Part shown: piece after piece, positions 1 to 17,800 of the stretch | How positions within the stretch are numbered: position 1 is the stretch's first letter | Layout of the letters: each line of letters starts with the position of its first letter | Source of the DNA: Azolla caroliniana | Lineage: Eukaryota > Plantae > Polypodiophyta | Direction: 5' to 3' | DNA length: 64,000 nucleotides | NCBI GenBank assembly: GCA_043228905.1 | Contig: JBHGNT010000009.1 | Coordinates: 19,406,001 to 19,470,000, forward strand | Notes under the pieces: generated by a model | Seen by the model: the letters and a program-made list of their open reading frames with translations, nothing else | What the model was told of the DNA's origin: nothing | Database searches by the model: none | Translations under genes and position numbers: made by a program

Positions 1-2415
1 GGCTTGCTTGCAAATGCACAAAATGTATTTGACGAGCTTCCATTTCGAGACACAATCTCATGGAATACATTGATAGGAGGTTATACTTTTCATGGGCATG
101 CAAATAAGTCACTTAATTGTTTTGAACAGATGAAAATGGAGGGATTGAGGCCAGATTCTGTTACATTTATCCACACCTTGAAGGCATGTGGATGTGTTAG
201 TGCCGTGGAGAAGGGCCAAGAGATCTGTGTGGAGATTGCTGACATGAAATTGCTGGAAGGAGATCCTGTATTGGCCAGCACTGTGATTGATATGTATGCC
301 AATTGTGGCTTGTTTGTAGAAGCTAAAGAATTACTTTGTACCATTCCTGCACAAGATGCAATTTCATGGACTGTATTAATTGCAGGGAACACAAAGCATG
401 GGCAAGGAAATGAGGCATTGAACTGTTTTAAGCAGATGCATTGTGAAGGTGTCCTCCCAAATTTGGTGACACACGTTTGCACTTTAAAAGCTTGTGGTAG
501 TGCCAGATCCTTGAAACAAGGTCAAGAAATACATGCGAAGATATGTATACAAGGATTTTTAATAAAAGATGTTATAGTTGGGAATGCATTGATTGATATG
601 TATGGAAAATGTGGCTTGGTTACAGAAGCACAGGAAGTATTTGATATGCTACTTGAGCGAGACACAATCTCATGGAATGCTCTGATTATAGGTTATGCTG
701 AGCAAAATCATATTACCAAAGTGTTGAAACTTTTCTCAAGGATGCCTTTAGAGGGCATCCTTCCTGATTCTGTCACATATATTACTATTCTCAGGGTTTT
801 TGGGGATTTTGCTATGAATCGTGTCCAAGAACTGCATATGACAATTTCTGAAATGGGCTTCTTAGATAGAGATCCTTTCATTGGCATTACATTAATTGAT
901 ACATATGCCAATTGTCGACTCCTCCTAGAAGCCCAAGAAGTATTTGATATGCTTCCAATTCAGGATACAATCTCCTGGAATGCATTAATTGGAGGATATG
1001 TAAAACATGAGTTTGCTGAAGACGCACTTGATTGTTTTAAAGAGATGCAGATAGAGGGAGTTTGTCAAGATGGGATCACATTTATTTATGCCTTGAAAGC
1101 TTGTGGCATAATTCAAGCCATGGATGAAGGTCAAGAAATACACAGACAGATTGCAAAATTTGGGTTGCTGAAAAGTGAGATTCTTGTCGGCAATGCGCTG
1201 GTGAACATGTATGCTAAATGTGGGATGTTCATGCAAGCAGAAGAAGTGTTCAATGATCTTCCAGTTCGAAATACTGTCTCATGGAATATCTTGATTTCAG
1301 GATATGCCAAACATGGCTTCAGTGAGAAAGCACTAAACTGTTTCGGGAAAATGGATGTAGAGGGCATTTCTTCAAGTGCTGTCACCTACGTTTGCATTTT
1401 GAGGGCCTGTGGCAACATCAGAGACATAAATAAGGGCCAAGAAATACATTCTGAGATTTCAACAAATGGAATGCTGGAAAGAGACCTTGATGTAGGTTCT
1501 GCTTTGGTGGGTATGTATGCTCAATTTGGTATGCTTGAGAAAGCACATGAAGTGTACAATGACCTCATTGATCAATTTGGAGTCCGAACTCCTGATATAT
1601 GCAACCTGCTACTATTTGGGTATGCTGAACATGGGTTTTGGGAAGAAGCACTCGATTATATTGAGCAGATGCAATTCCAGGGCATATCCCTGGATGGTAT
1701 GACGTTTGTTTGTGCCTTGAAAGCATGTGGCAATCTAGGAGCTGTAAACAAGGGTCTTGAATTACATGGTCATATTACCAAAAAAGGGTTGATTGAACTA
1801 GATCTTGTTCTTGGCAATGCATTAGCTGATATGTATGTGAAATGTGGTCTGATGAGAGAAGCACATGGAGTGTTTGACAAACTCACAGCTCGAGATGTGG
1901 TCGCATGGACCTCTCTGATTACAGGTTATGCACAGATTGGAGATGATGAAACTGTCTTTCATTTGTTTGAAAGAATGAGGAGAGAATGTGAACCACCAAA
2001 TCTGATGACCTTTGTGGGTGTTCTTACTGCATGCAGTCATTGTGGTCTGGTTGATAAAGGTGAGGGATACTTTGAGGCTATTAGTTATCCATCTACCGAA
2101 CATTATTCTTGCTTGCTTGATATCCTTGCACGTGCAGGCCAATTAGATAAGGCAGTAGCAGTGATAAATAAGATGCCATTTCATCCAACTGTTATGGTTT
2201 GGCATGTAGTATTCGGTGCCTGTAAAAAATGGGGGAACTTGGAGCTTGCCAGAGATGTATTTGAATTTGTAATGCAACTAGATGGGCAAGATGCAGCATC
2301 TTTTGTTAGCATGTCTAACATCTATGCATGTGCTCACATGCTGGAGGATCTGAATCCATATCAAAATAGATACAATGGACCTTTGATAATTGGTTACAGA
2401 GAAAACAAGTGCTAA
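1..2415 (+). CDS. PLS-class pentatricopeptide repeat protein ending in an E domain, no DYW; 5' end lies upstream of the window
   Basis: Frame open from base 1 to TAA at 2413-2415. Repeated P/L/S motifs (ISWNALIGGY, VTFIHTLKACG, VGNALIDMYGKCG) and an E-type end (WHVVFGACKKWGNLELA...SFVSMSNIYA). No introns seen. Confidence 0.93.
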   Translation, partial: GLLANAQNVFDELPFRDTISWNTLIGGYTFHGHANKSLNCFEQMKMEGLRPDSVTFIHTLKACGCVSAVEKGQEICVEIADMKLLEGDPVLASTVIDMYANCGLFVEAKELLCTIPAQDAISWTVLIAGNTKHGQGNEALNCFKQMHCEGVLPNLVTHVCTLKACGSARSLKQGQEIHAKICIQGFLIKDVIVGNALIDMYGKCGLVTEAQEVFDMLLERDTISWNALIIGYAEQNHITKVLKLFSRMPLEGILPDSVTYITILRVFGDFAMNRVQELHMTISEMGFLDRDPFIGITLIDTYANCRLLLEAQEVFDMLPIQDTISWNALIGGYVKHEFAEDALDCFKEMQIEGVCQDGITFIYALKACGIIQAMDEGQEIHRQIAKFGLLKSEILVGNALVNMYAKCGMFMQAEEVFNDLPVRNTVSWNILISGYAKHGFSEKALNCFGKMDVEGISSSAVTYVCILRACGNIRDINKGQEIHSEISTNGMLERDLDVGSALVGMYAQFGMLEKAHEVYNDLIDQFGVRTPDICNLLLFGYAEHGFWEEALDYIEQMQFQGISLDGMTFVCALKACGNLGAVNKGLELHGHITKKGLIELDLVLGNALADMYVKCGLMREAHGVFDKLTARDVVAWTSLITGYAQIGDDETVFHLFERMRRECEPPNLMTFVGVLTACSHCGLVDKGEGYFEAISYPSTEHYSCLLDILARAGQLDKAVAVINKMPFHPTVMVWHVVFGACKKWGNLELARDVFEFVMQLDGQDAASFVSMSNIYACAHMLEDLNPYQNRYNGPLIIGYRENKC

Positions 2416-2423
2416 ACCCCTTG

Positions 2424-2525
2424 GATGCATTTGAGTTTGTAATGCAGTTATGCAACACCTTTTGTTAGATTGTTTATGCATTTGCTTACGTTTTGGAGGA
2501 TGTGAATCCATATGAAAATACTCAA
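2424..2525 (+). repeat. Degenerate tandem copy of the PPR 3' end (2254-2375)
   Basis: gatgcatttgagtttgtaatgcagt...ggaggatgtgaatccatatgaaaata aligns to gatgtatttgaatttgtaatgcaac...ggaggatctgaatccatatcaaaata, with deletions. Confidence 0.8.
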
Positions 2526-3692
2526 TTATCAATAAAACAAGGGTAATTTCCCTCAGCTGGTCAGAAATTTATTGTAAACCTTCATATTGCAGGATGTCAA
2601 ACTGCAGTGAAACAAACAAAAAAGGTCTTTGCTCACTGGTCATAGTGATAAATCAAGTGCTACGTCCCTTGCTCCATCAAAAGTGTGTTGAAAATGCAAC
2701 ATATTGGGACCCATATTATGTAAGTACTAACTAGGAATCAATCCACCGCTATCCACTGAGCCTGGGATAGTATCTAGGGATCAGTTCACTCATCACTATC
2801 CATTGGTGTAGAACTCAAGTGTGAAGGTTCATGTATTCAACGTTGTTGATCAGAAATGCAGAGACATGTACTAGTGACAAACCTTATCACATGACCTCAG
2901 TACATGGTTTATTACAAATGCTGATACATTTATATGTTCTACATGGCTTATCATGAATCCTGATACATTTGTTGGCAGAAACTCATTGCAGTGAGGACAT
3001 TCTCACAAGCTTCAACTATGATTAATATCAATATCGGCACATTAATTAGAAATAACTTAGTGCTGTGAATCGTGATCCAATATTCAACATTGCTTATTAT
3101 AAATGCACATAAATATATTCTTGCTATGAACTAATGATTTCAAGGTAGTGCACCCTATGCATGAATTTTCAAACTTTTCTTGCATTTTTTATCTACCCAT
3201 GTGCTGGAACGGAAAAAAATGAAACGTCATTAAAATTATTAGCTCTACAATTTCCAAAGACGTCCACCATTAAACTTCAGAAGAATGTAAACCCAAAATG
3301 TCTGTTGTGCCAAAAGTTTCCAAGGCCTTCTATATACAATGGCTTTCTGCATATATAACATGTATGGAACCCCATTATTGGCACAAACGTTATTGACTTA
3401 CAAGTGCCTAGCTCTTGCTTGAAGGTTTAGCACAACTTTGTGTGTATGCACATATGATTGACGTTGAGATCCATAAACATGATCTAATTTGAGCTGAAAT
3501 AAATAATATACAAGCTGCAAATTTTGATCCATCTTTATATGAATTACAAGTAGACCAGATAATTTCCCAATTAAGAAAATAGAATGATCACTAACTCTCC
3601 CTAATATCGTTGGTTAGCACCTGCCGCATGCTCCATCAATAAAGTTGGTGGAGTCAGCCACAGGGCAGCTCTATGCTCTGCAGTAACATAGA

Positions 3693-8684
<4,992 letters not shown>

Positions 8685-8964
8685 GGCGATGAGGGGAAGC
8701 AAAGAACTTGCAAAGGCCTAACAGAGAATGGAGATGGATTAGCAGGAATCAAACCCACCCAAGGCTCTGCTTCAGGGGATAGAAAATCAAGCCATGGAAG
8801 CTATAATAAGGGGAGAGCTCTCCATGGCCTTCACAAAACACACACACACACACACAAATTCTTCTTTGGTTCAGAGAATGCCACGGGATAAGGGCCTCTC
8901 TCTTTTCTTTTCTTTTTCTTTTTTTCGTAAATAATGGTTTTCATTACGAAAGAAAAAACACCAC

Positions 8965-9176
8965 CATGACTAACTAACTATAGAACCCCTTCTATCTATC
9001 TGGGTAACTATAGAACCCCTTCTATCTATCTGGGGATCTGAAGAAAACTACTACACCAAACTCAATGCCACATGACTAACTAACTATAGAACCCCTTCTA
9101 TCTATCTGGGTAACTATAGAACCCCTTCTATCTATCTGGGGATCTGAAGAAAACTACTACACCAAACTCAATGCCA
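8965..9176. repeat. Nested tandem duplication at the LINE 3' end: 2 x 106 bp, each containing 2 x 30 bp
   Basis: catgactaactaac...ctcaatgcca at 8965 and 9071; inner unit taactatagaaccccttctatctatctggg. Confidence 0.9.
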
Positions 9177-11390
9177 CCCTACACACCAATTCAAATCGCG
9201 AATATGATTTTATATATGTGACCTTGCAGAGTTCTCTCTCTTCCTGGTTCAGATTTCGTGACTTCTCTAGCACTGTCAATTGCCACAAAAGAAGTCCTTT
9301 TAACTTTAGAACATATTTTCTCACCCCAACTTGCGAATAAAAAATGAAGGCATTCCGCATATTCCAATTGAACCATAACCCCCAATACCTCAAGAACTCA
9401 AAAATAATTTGAGAATGAGGCATCGGTTCATTGTTCTCCATATGTGCAAAAACCCAATTAAAGGAAGATAGACTTACTCCTGTTAGAGACATTCACACTA
9501 AACTGATACACCTCCAAACCATCCTTGCCATCGGGTAGGAAATAAATCGATGCCTACTATGTTCCAATTCTACCGAACAAAAGAAACACAATCCTTTAGT
9601 AATGTTTCTTTTTTTTAATGCATCCCCCAATGGTAAAGCTCCAATCATAACTCTCCAAACAATTACCTTGGCTCGTAGCATTAATCGAGAACATCAACCT
9701 GCCTTGATCACATGAAGCCACCAAGTAATGGGCTTACGAAACCCCCATATCTTTATAACCCTTTCTTCCAACCACTTATGTTTGTTAATCAACGTGTGAT
9801 AAGCAACATTTGTTGAGATCATAGTCAATCTCTTATTTCCAACAAACCTCAAATCAAGCTCTTGAGATCGCCCATCTAAATAAGGAATTGGCTCATACGA
9901 AGATAGTATTTGTTGCAACTTATTCCAAATAAAGGTATAACCTTTTGGAATACGAAATGTTGATCTGATTGTTCGAAAAGCCATTAATCCTCTTTGTGAC
10001 ACCAACATAGCATCCTTAATTGTTACCAAACCCAATCTAGCCATTCGATTAAATTGAAGGTTAAAAATTTGCTTACCTTCCCACTTCAACAACCTTGATG
10101 TCGCCAAAACCTCCATTTGTAATGAATTGGCACATACCCTTTCTTATGGGGGATGCCATTCCACAAAATCTAACATACTTTGCCATGATGTCAACAAATG
10201 ATCAACTATCATAGACCCTACACATTTGACATCCCTATCAGAATTAATTACATTCCACCAATTTACTTCAACCTTCATGTTTCCAAGCTTTATTCCGTTC
10301 TTCTCTATAAAGTATGCCACCATTTCTGTCCAAGGTTGTACACCTTCAAACATAAATCGAACGAAAGTAAATCGGCGAGCCACCATATGCTCATATAGAT
10401 TTAATATTGATGCCCCGCCAAGACGCTTCAGAGTACAAACATGATCCCATGCCAACCACGACAAGGCACTTTTCCCTTTTCTTTTCCATAACAACATTCG
10501 CATTGAGCGTGTCAATATTTCAAGAGCTTTCTTTGACCATGGGAGCAAAGGAAGATAATAAGATACCATAGAGACCATAATCGATTGGACCACCTTAAGT
10601 TGTACATGAAAAGGCCAAATTTGAGACCTCCAATACATAAACTTATCCTCCAACCTTTTGGACACCCACTCAATAAGTTTCACATGAGAAACTTCCACCC
10701 CAATTGGATATCCAAGGTGATGAAAATTCATACCACGATGTACTATCCTTCCTGACCACCCCAACCCCAACACATCTTGTTCTATACATGAAATGAGGAC
10801 AGATTTATGTATATTAATTCTCAACCCTGAAGCATTTGAAAACAATTCCCACACATCTCTTGTCTTACTAATATTTTCCCGATTAGGTGCCAAAAACATA
10901 ATATGGTCATCTGCTAGAGCTTGAACAATACATGGCTTCCCTGATGGCAACCTTAGTCCAAGCAATTCTTCCTCCATAGCCATATTGTGTAACTTAACAA
11001 GAAGAGGATGTGTGACAATAGTGAATAGTAAAGGACTTACCGAGCATCCTTGTCTAACTGACATCCGAATAGAAATCAATTGTGTTACTCCTCCATTAAA
11101 CATCACATGTGAAACCGAACCCTCCCCTAATGTGTATATCAACTTAGACATACGATCACCAAAACCCATATGAGACATCAATTGATTTATAAACGACCAA
11201 TCCACATTATCATAAGCTTTCTCGATATCCAATTGTAGCAACACCAATTCTTGCTTCGAATCCTTTGCATAGTCAATTGCCATTTGAACATTTAAAATAT
11301 TATGTAAAATGTCTCTTTTTGCTAAAAACCCATTTTGAGCATTATGAATAATAGAAGGTACAACCTTATGCAACCAATTGGCTGTTATGA

Positions 11391-11455
11391 TATGGCAAGA
11401 CTCGAACCCATGACCTTATGCTACATGGGTCAAGCTCTTGACAATTAGCCCATAC
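11391..11455 (-). other. tRNA-like Pol III A/B-box module, antisense, in U3 of both chromovirus LTRs (second copy about 16595-16660)
   Basis: Minus strand: A-box TGGTCTAATGG (intact in 3' LTR) and B-box GGTTCGAGTC (intact in 5' LTR), starts 44 nt apart as in tRNA genes. Confidence 0.55.
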
Positions 11456-11799
11456 ATTGTAATACATAAAATATTATTTTCATTTATGTTTTATTATAGA
11501 AAATTGATGTATATTCTAGATTTCTCTGGAACATTCTAGAAACTTCAGGAGTATTCCTTAGAACACTATAAAAGGAGGCACAAGGCATTATTTCGAACCA
11601 AATCGGTTCAATGCCAGTCTTAAGCCTCCTAGCTACTACTGTACATTCTCTTCACATAATATATATCTTTTCTTATCATCACTCTCTCTCTCCCTCCCTC
11701 TCACTCACTCTTTCCTTCTCTCGCGAGTTCTTCACCTCTCTTAGTACTAATACTTCTTTTAGTACTAATTCCTTCTCTGTCTTAGTACTGTTCCTGGCA

Positions 11800-11813
11800 A
11801 TTTCAACCGATTT
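11800..11813 (+). promoter_or_regulatory. Non-tRNA primer-binding site complementary to the element's own R region (self-priming)
   Basis: aaccgattt (11805-11813) is the reverse complement of aaatcggtt (11600-11608), which starts 33 nt after the start of TATAAAA (11567-11573). Confidence 0.75.
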
Positions 11814-14800
11814 TGTTGCTCTTCCTTCCTCCTCTTCCTTTCCTCCTCTTCCTTTTATCTTCTTATTAATCCTCTTATCCTCCCTAGTAAAATGGAAACT
11901 ATTAGTGCTTAGGAATACCAATCTGTTTTCTCGGAGCTGCAATGCTTAAAAGAGAAATTTGTAGCACTAGAACAAGAAAATCATCGTTTGTTGGGGGATC
12001 TTCAACAAATAGTGTTGGAAAAACAACAACAACATGGGGAGCTAATGTTACGTGTACAACAACTCGAAGCGACAATCATATCATTACAACAACAAGGATC
12101 AAGCACTCAAGGGATTCACAAAGAACCGAAGATTGGTCTTCCTGCAAAATTTGATGGGACCCGATCACAATTTAGAGGGTTTTTGAATTAGGTACGTTTA
12201 GTGATACAAATGCATCCTTCTCGATATCCCACCGATGCATCACGAGTGGGACTAGTAGGCACTCTCCTTAGTGGCTCAGCGTTAACATGGTTTGCTCCAT
12301 TGTTGGGAAAGGAATCTCCATTACTAAACAATTTTGAAGAATTTATAAGTGAGTTTAAGGCCTGTTTTGGAGATACTAACAGCATAAGGACTGCAATCAA
12401 CAAAATCCAGCGATCATGCCAAGGTGATCGTCCAACCTCCGCATACGCTGCAGATTTCCGCCTACTCGTTGCCGATATCCCTTGGGATGATCACGCATTG
12501 ATGGAGCAATTTCGTTATGGCTTACACAACGATGTCAAGGATTTACTCTTGATCTTCCCCGAAGAGCCAAAGTCATTAACAGAAGCAATCAGTCGCGCAG
12601 TGAGATGCGACAACCGCCTCTTTGAACGACATTTGGAACAACAATTCCAGATTCCAAGGGCAAGATCAGAGCCTACCTATGCCTCAATGGTAGCGAAACC
12701 TTTTCCGAGGGAGTCATATAATGCGCCTCCAGTAAGTACTCCAACTCCAATGGAAATTGACACCACACGTCGTCGTGGACCGCTATCGAAAGAAGAAAAA
12801 CAACGATGCCGAGCAAACCGACTATGTCTTTATTGCTGTGGACCAGGGCATATCGCGGTAAACTGTCCCCATAGGCCAAGAAGGCAGGTAAACCAAATAG
12901 TTGTTGTTCTGATTGTACTAAACCCGACTCTATTTCAGTAGGGATATCTAAGAGTCCTAATAGTACTAATAGCCCAAATCTAGCGAACAAATTTGATGTC
13001 CTTAGTTAGTTAGAAGAAGAGTTAAACGACTAAGTCCAGCCAAAATAGGAGCCGTTTGGTTGGACAACCCTAGATCTGTGTAGCCCATTAATGGTTCCAT
13101 TCCCTCTAAGCAAGTTATCAATGTGTTCGTAGCCCAAGTAACAGTTAATACTAGAAGTACTCCTCCAGTACATGTCTTAGCACTTCTAGATTCCAGAGCT
13201 AATTCTTGCTTCATGGATAGGAAATTTGCCCAAGCTCATCAGATATCTCTCAGAAAACTCCCGTGTCCTGCCTCTATAGTAATCATTGATGGTCGTCCCA
13301 TTGCTTTCGGAAATATCATAGAAGAGTCAGAACCCGTTAATATTATCCTAGATAATCTAGCATGTGTCGTATCATTTAATATAATTAGCATCCCAGAACA
13401 CCCCATTGTCTTAGGATTACCATGGTTCGAATTACATAACCCAGACATAGATTGGCGGACAAGAGAAATCCGACATCGAAAAGCCCGAGGGTCTACTCAT
13501 GAAATTGCAACGATTTCACTACATCAGTTGCGTGAGGAAGGACGCAAGGAAGAAATGTTCCTCTTCGCAATATCAGTAAAACCCTCCAGCACCACTAAAG
13601 AGGAATCCACCGTTCAACTTCCAGAGAAGTATCGTCATTATGCCAATGTGTTTGATAAAGTACAAGCCAATACGCTTCCTCACCATCGACCATATGATTG
13701 CCCCATCGATTTACAACTGGGGAAAGAGCCACCATGGGGACCGATCTACAATCTGTCGCCAACAAAACTGGAAGTCCTTCGAGCCTATATAGAGAAGAAT
13801 TTGGAGAATGGTTTCATACGACATTCGAAATCTCCAGCCGGCACACCCATTTTCTTCGTCAAGAAAAAAGATGGCTCACTTCGTCTCGTTGTAGATTATC
13901 GTGGCTTGAATAAGGTTACAATCCGAAATAGGTATGCACTCCCCCTTATCTCAAGTCTTTTAGAACGGATCAATGGTGTCAGGTTCTTCACGAAGATCGA
14001 CTTATGGGGAGCCTATAACCTTGTACGGATCCGACCAAGAGATGAATGGAAGACCGCGTTCCGCACCAGATATAGGCACTTCGAGTATACGGTCATGCCG
14101 TTCGGCCTCACTAATGTGCCAACAGTCTTCCAGCACATGGCAAATGATATTTTCTGAGATCTCTTGGATGTGTGTCTAATCATCTATTTGGATGATCTAT
14201 TGGTTTACTCAAAGACCCAAGAAGAGCATGATTCTCATGTATTGTTAGTACTAAAACGACTTCGAGAACATCGTCTTTATGCAAAGTTGGAAAAATGTAG
14301 TTTCAGGTGCAACCAGGTGGAATTTCTCGGCTATGTCATTTCCTCAGAAGGCATCTCCATGGACCCAGCTAAGGTCAAAACGGTGGTAGAATGGCAAACT
14401 CCGCGTTCGGTGCGGGATGTGCAATGCTTTCTAGGCTTTGCCAATTTTTACCGGAAGTTTATAAAGGATTACTCAAAACTCGTTTTGCCTCTTACACAAC
14501 TTACTAGGAAGGGACAATCATTCGTTTGGTCTGAAGAAGTGGACATGGCTTTTGAGAATCTTAAAAAGGCATTTACATCGGCTCCGATTCTAGCTCACGT
14601 TGATCCAGAACAACCATTCATAATCGAAGCTGACGCATCGGATTTTGCATTGGGGAGCATTCTATCACAACGAGGTAATGATGAAAAGCTACATCCTATG
14701 GCTTTTCACTCACGCAAGTTTGACGCCGCCGAGATCAACTACGAAATTCATGATAAAGAGTTATTGGCTATAGTGGACCCTTTTATGCAATGGAGGCATT

Positions 14801-17800
14801 TTCTAGAGGGATCTTCTCATCAAGTCACTGTATTCAGTGACCACAAAAATCTCGCCTATTTTCAAGATGTTCGTGTGTTAAATCGACGTCAAGCTCGGTG
14901 GGCCCATTTTCTCACGTGTTTCGACTTCAAGATTACATATTGACCTGGGAAGCATCAAGGGAAAGCAGATGCATTATCACGACGTTCGTACCTAGCACCG
15001 CGTCCCGGCGAGCCAACTTTCGATAACCAAAAGCAAGTAATCTTGGGACTGGCACGACTGCACACAACACAGGTCTTTGGCATGCCCATGGATTCCCACG
15101 TTATCAATATCATATGTGCGGACCTGAAGACAGATGCTTTCGCCCAAGCTATACTAACACAAATTGATCCCTCTCGAGCGTCGTGTTCACAGTCGCAACC
15201 ACCAGGTACGGACTATCAGCAATTCAAATACCATGATGGATTACTCTTCTTTAAAGAACTTTTGTATGTTCCTAATGGTTCTTGCCGCCTTCGAGTAGTA
15301 CAAAACTGTCATGACACATATACAACTGGGCATTTTGGTAGTACTAAAACATTAGATTTAATACAACGATAATTCTGGTGGCCCCATATGCGACAATTTG
15401 TCGAAGATTTTGTTCGGACTTGTGATACATGCTGCAGAGCGAAAATGCCAAGGCATCATCCATATGGTTTATTAGAACCATTACCAATTCCAAGCAAGTC
15501 GTGGCAATCCATTGCTCTCGACTTCATCACAGATCTTCCAGTCTCTAAGGGGTTCAATGCGATTCTAACAGTGGTAGATCGATATACGAAGATGGCTCAT
15601 TTCTTGCCATGTACCGCCGAAATTGTCATGCGTGAAGTATGTCGGTATCATGGACTTCCCGATAGTATTGTCAGCGACCGTGGACCCCAGTTCGTGTCAA
15701 AATTCTGGAAGCACCTTTTTAAAATGCTCAAGGTCACTTGTAACCTCTCCTCTGGCTACCACCCACAAACCAATGGCCAAGCCGAATGAACAAATCAAAC
15801 GCTAGAGCAGTATCTGCGGTGCTTTCTCAACTATCATCAGGATAACTGGGCATATATTCTCCACTTTGCCGAATTTGTCTATAATAACTCTATCCACGCA
15901 TCGACTAAAGTTGCGCCATTTTATGCTTATATGGGATGTCACCCTCGGTGGAGTGTACTTGAAACCCCAAAGGTGTCCACAAATCCTTGCGCAGAGGATC
16001 GTTTGGAGCAGTTACGCAAGATACAAGCAGATTTATCTACTCATCTCCAGCAAGCTCAACAAACACACAAGGTCTACGTGGATCGTCATCGACTTCCATC
16101 TAGTTTTAACATTGGAGATCGGGTGTGGGTGCTACGACGACACATCAAGACTACTCGCCCATGTGAGAAGTTGGATTATCAGCGATTAGGTCCTTTCCGT
16201 ATTATCGAAAAGATTAATGATGTCGCTTTTCATCTCGATTTATACCTCCTCAACTTCGAATACATCTGGTGTTTCATAGTTCTCTCCTGAACCCTATCAA
16301 GAGAGCACCATCCCAGGACGTATTACACAGCCTCCACCCCCAATCGAGCTTGAAGATGGACCTGAGTACGAGGTTACCGCCATCCTTGATTCCAAGATTG
16401 TTTGCAACAAGCTCTACTATCTAGTTGAGTGGCTAGGATATAGTCCCATCGAGCGTACTTGGGAACCGATAGAGAATGTGACCAATGCTCGTGCTCTTCT
16501 TGAAGACTTCCATCATCAATATCCAAACAAACCAAGTCCTCAATCCAAAACGTCTCATAACACTTGTCGTTTTAAAGGGGGGATAGTGTCATGATATGGC
16601 AAGACTCAAACCCATGACCTTATGCTACATGGGTTGAGCTCTTGACCATTAGACCATACATTGTAATATTATTTTCGTTTATGTTTTATTATGGAAATTT
16701 GATGTATATTCCAGATTTCTCTGGAACATTCTAGAAACTTCAGGAGTATTCCTTAGAACACTATAAAAGGAGGCACAAGGCATTATTTCGAACCAAATCG
16801 GTTCAACGCCGGTCTTAAGCCTCCTAGCTACTACTGCACATTCTCTTCACATAATATATATATCTTTTCTTATCATCACTCTCTCTCTCTCCCTCCCTCC
16901 CTCCCTCTCACTCACTCTTTCCTTCTCTCGCAATTTCTTCACCTCTCTTAGTACTAATACTTCTTTTAGTACTAATTCCTTCTCTGTCTTAGTACTATTC
17001 CTGCCATTGGCTATCACTTTTGCAAAAATCTTGTACATTCTCCCCATCAATAAAATAGGCCTCCATTGAGCAAAGGAAGATGGAGAAGGCACCTTCGGCA
17101 AAAGTTTTATCAAACCAATCTTCCAAGAATGAGGCATTTCCCCTGATGTCCACACCTTCTGAAATAAAACTGTAAAAGGCCCCTTTAACTTAATCACATA
17201 TTTCTTAAAGAGTTCATTTGTTAATCCATCCCATCCAGGACTCTTATCATTAGCAAGATGTGACATGACATGTTCCACATCATCCTCTGAAATATTAGCA
17301 TCTAATGATTGTGCCACATCATGCGATACATGATTTTTCACTCCATTAAAAAATACATCTCTATCCTTTTTAACATTATCATCGATACAAACTTGTACAT
17401 CCAACAATTGTGTATAATAGTCTATGCATTTCTTCACAATTTCTTGAGGATCGGAACACGTGATATCATTTTCCTCTAACCTTACCGCATTATGTCATGC
17501 ATGTGATTCATGAAGGTCATGAAAAAACTTATGTGATTGACAATTAGCATCATCCACTTCTTGTCCTAAATAATTGTTTTCTGTTAGATCATGCATCGCG
17601 GAAATTAATACCTCTTGATATCCCAACAACTCTACATCCGTTGGCCAATAAGTTAACAATGAGCTGCATTTATCAAGCAAATTAACTAGGAGATTTAATT
17701 TCTTTCTCCTTTTAAAAGCACGGTGAATTCCATAATATCTAGTTAACCTTTGAACATTTGCAACAAATACTTCCCACGCTTCATACCCATCAAATTGCCG

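Larger units (their letters stand above)
11383..17006 (+). mobile_element. Full-length but decayed Ty3/Gypsy chromovirus (Tcn1/Tf1-like)
   Basis: LTRs 11383-11799 and 16587-17006 (TG..CA), TSD TTGGC on both sides, PPT aaaggggggatag. Gag with zinc knuckle (about 11892-12940), PR (ALLDSRA), RT (YLDD), RNase H, integrase (HHCC, SDRGPQF) and a chromodomain EYEVTAILDSK..YLVEWLGY..TWEP (about 16364-16520). Several stops and frameshifts. Confidence 0.95.
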
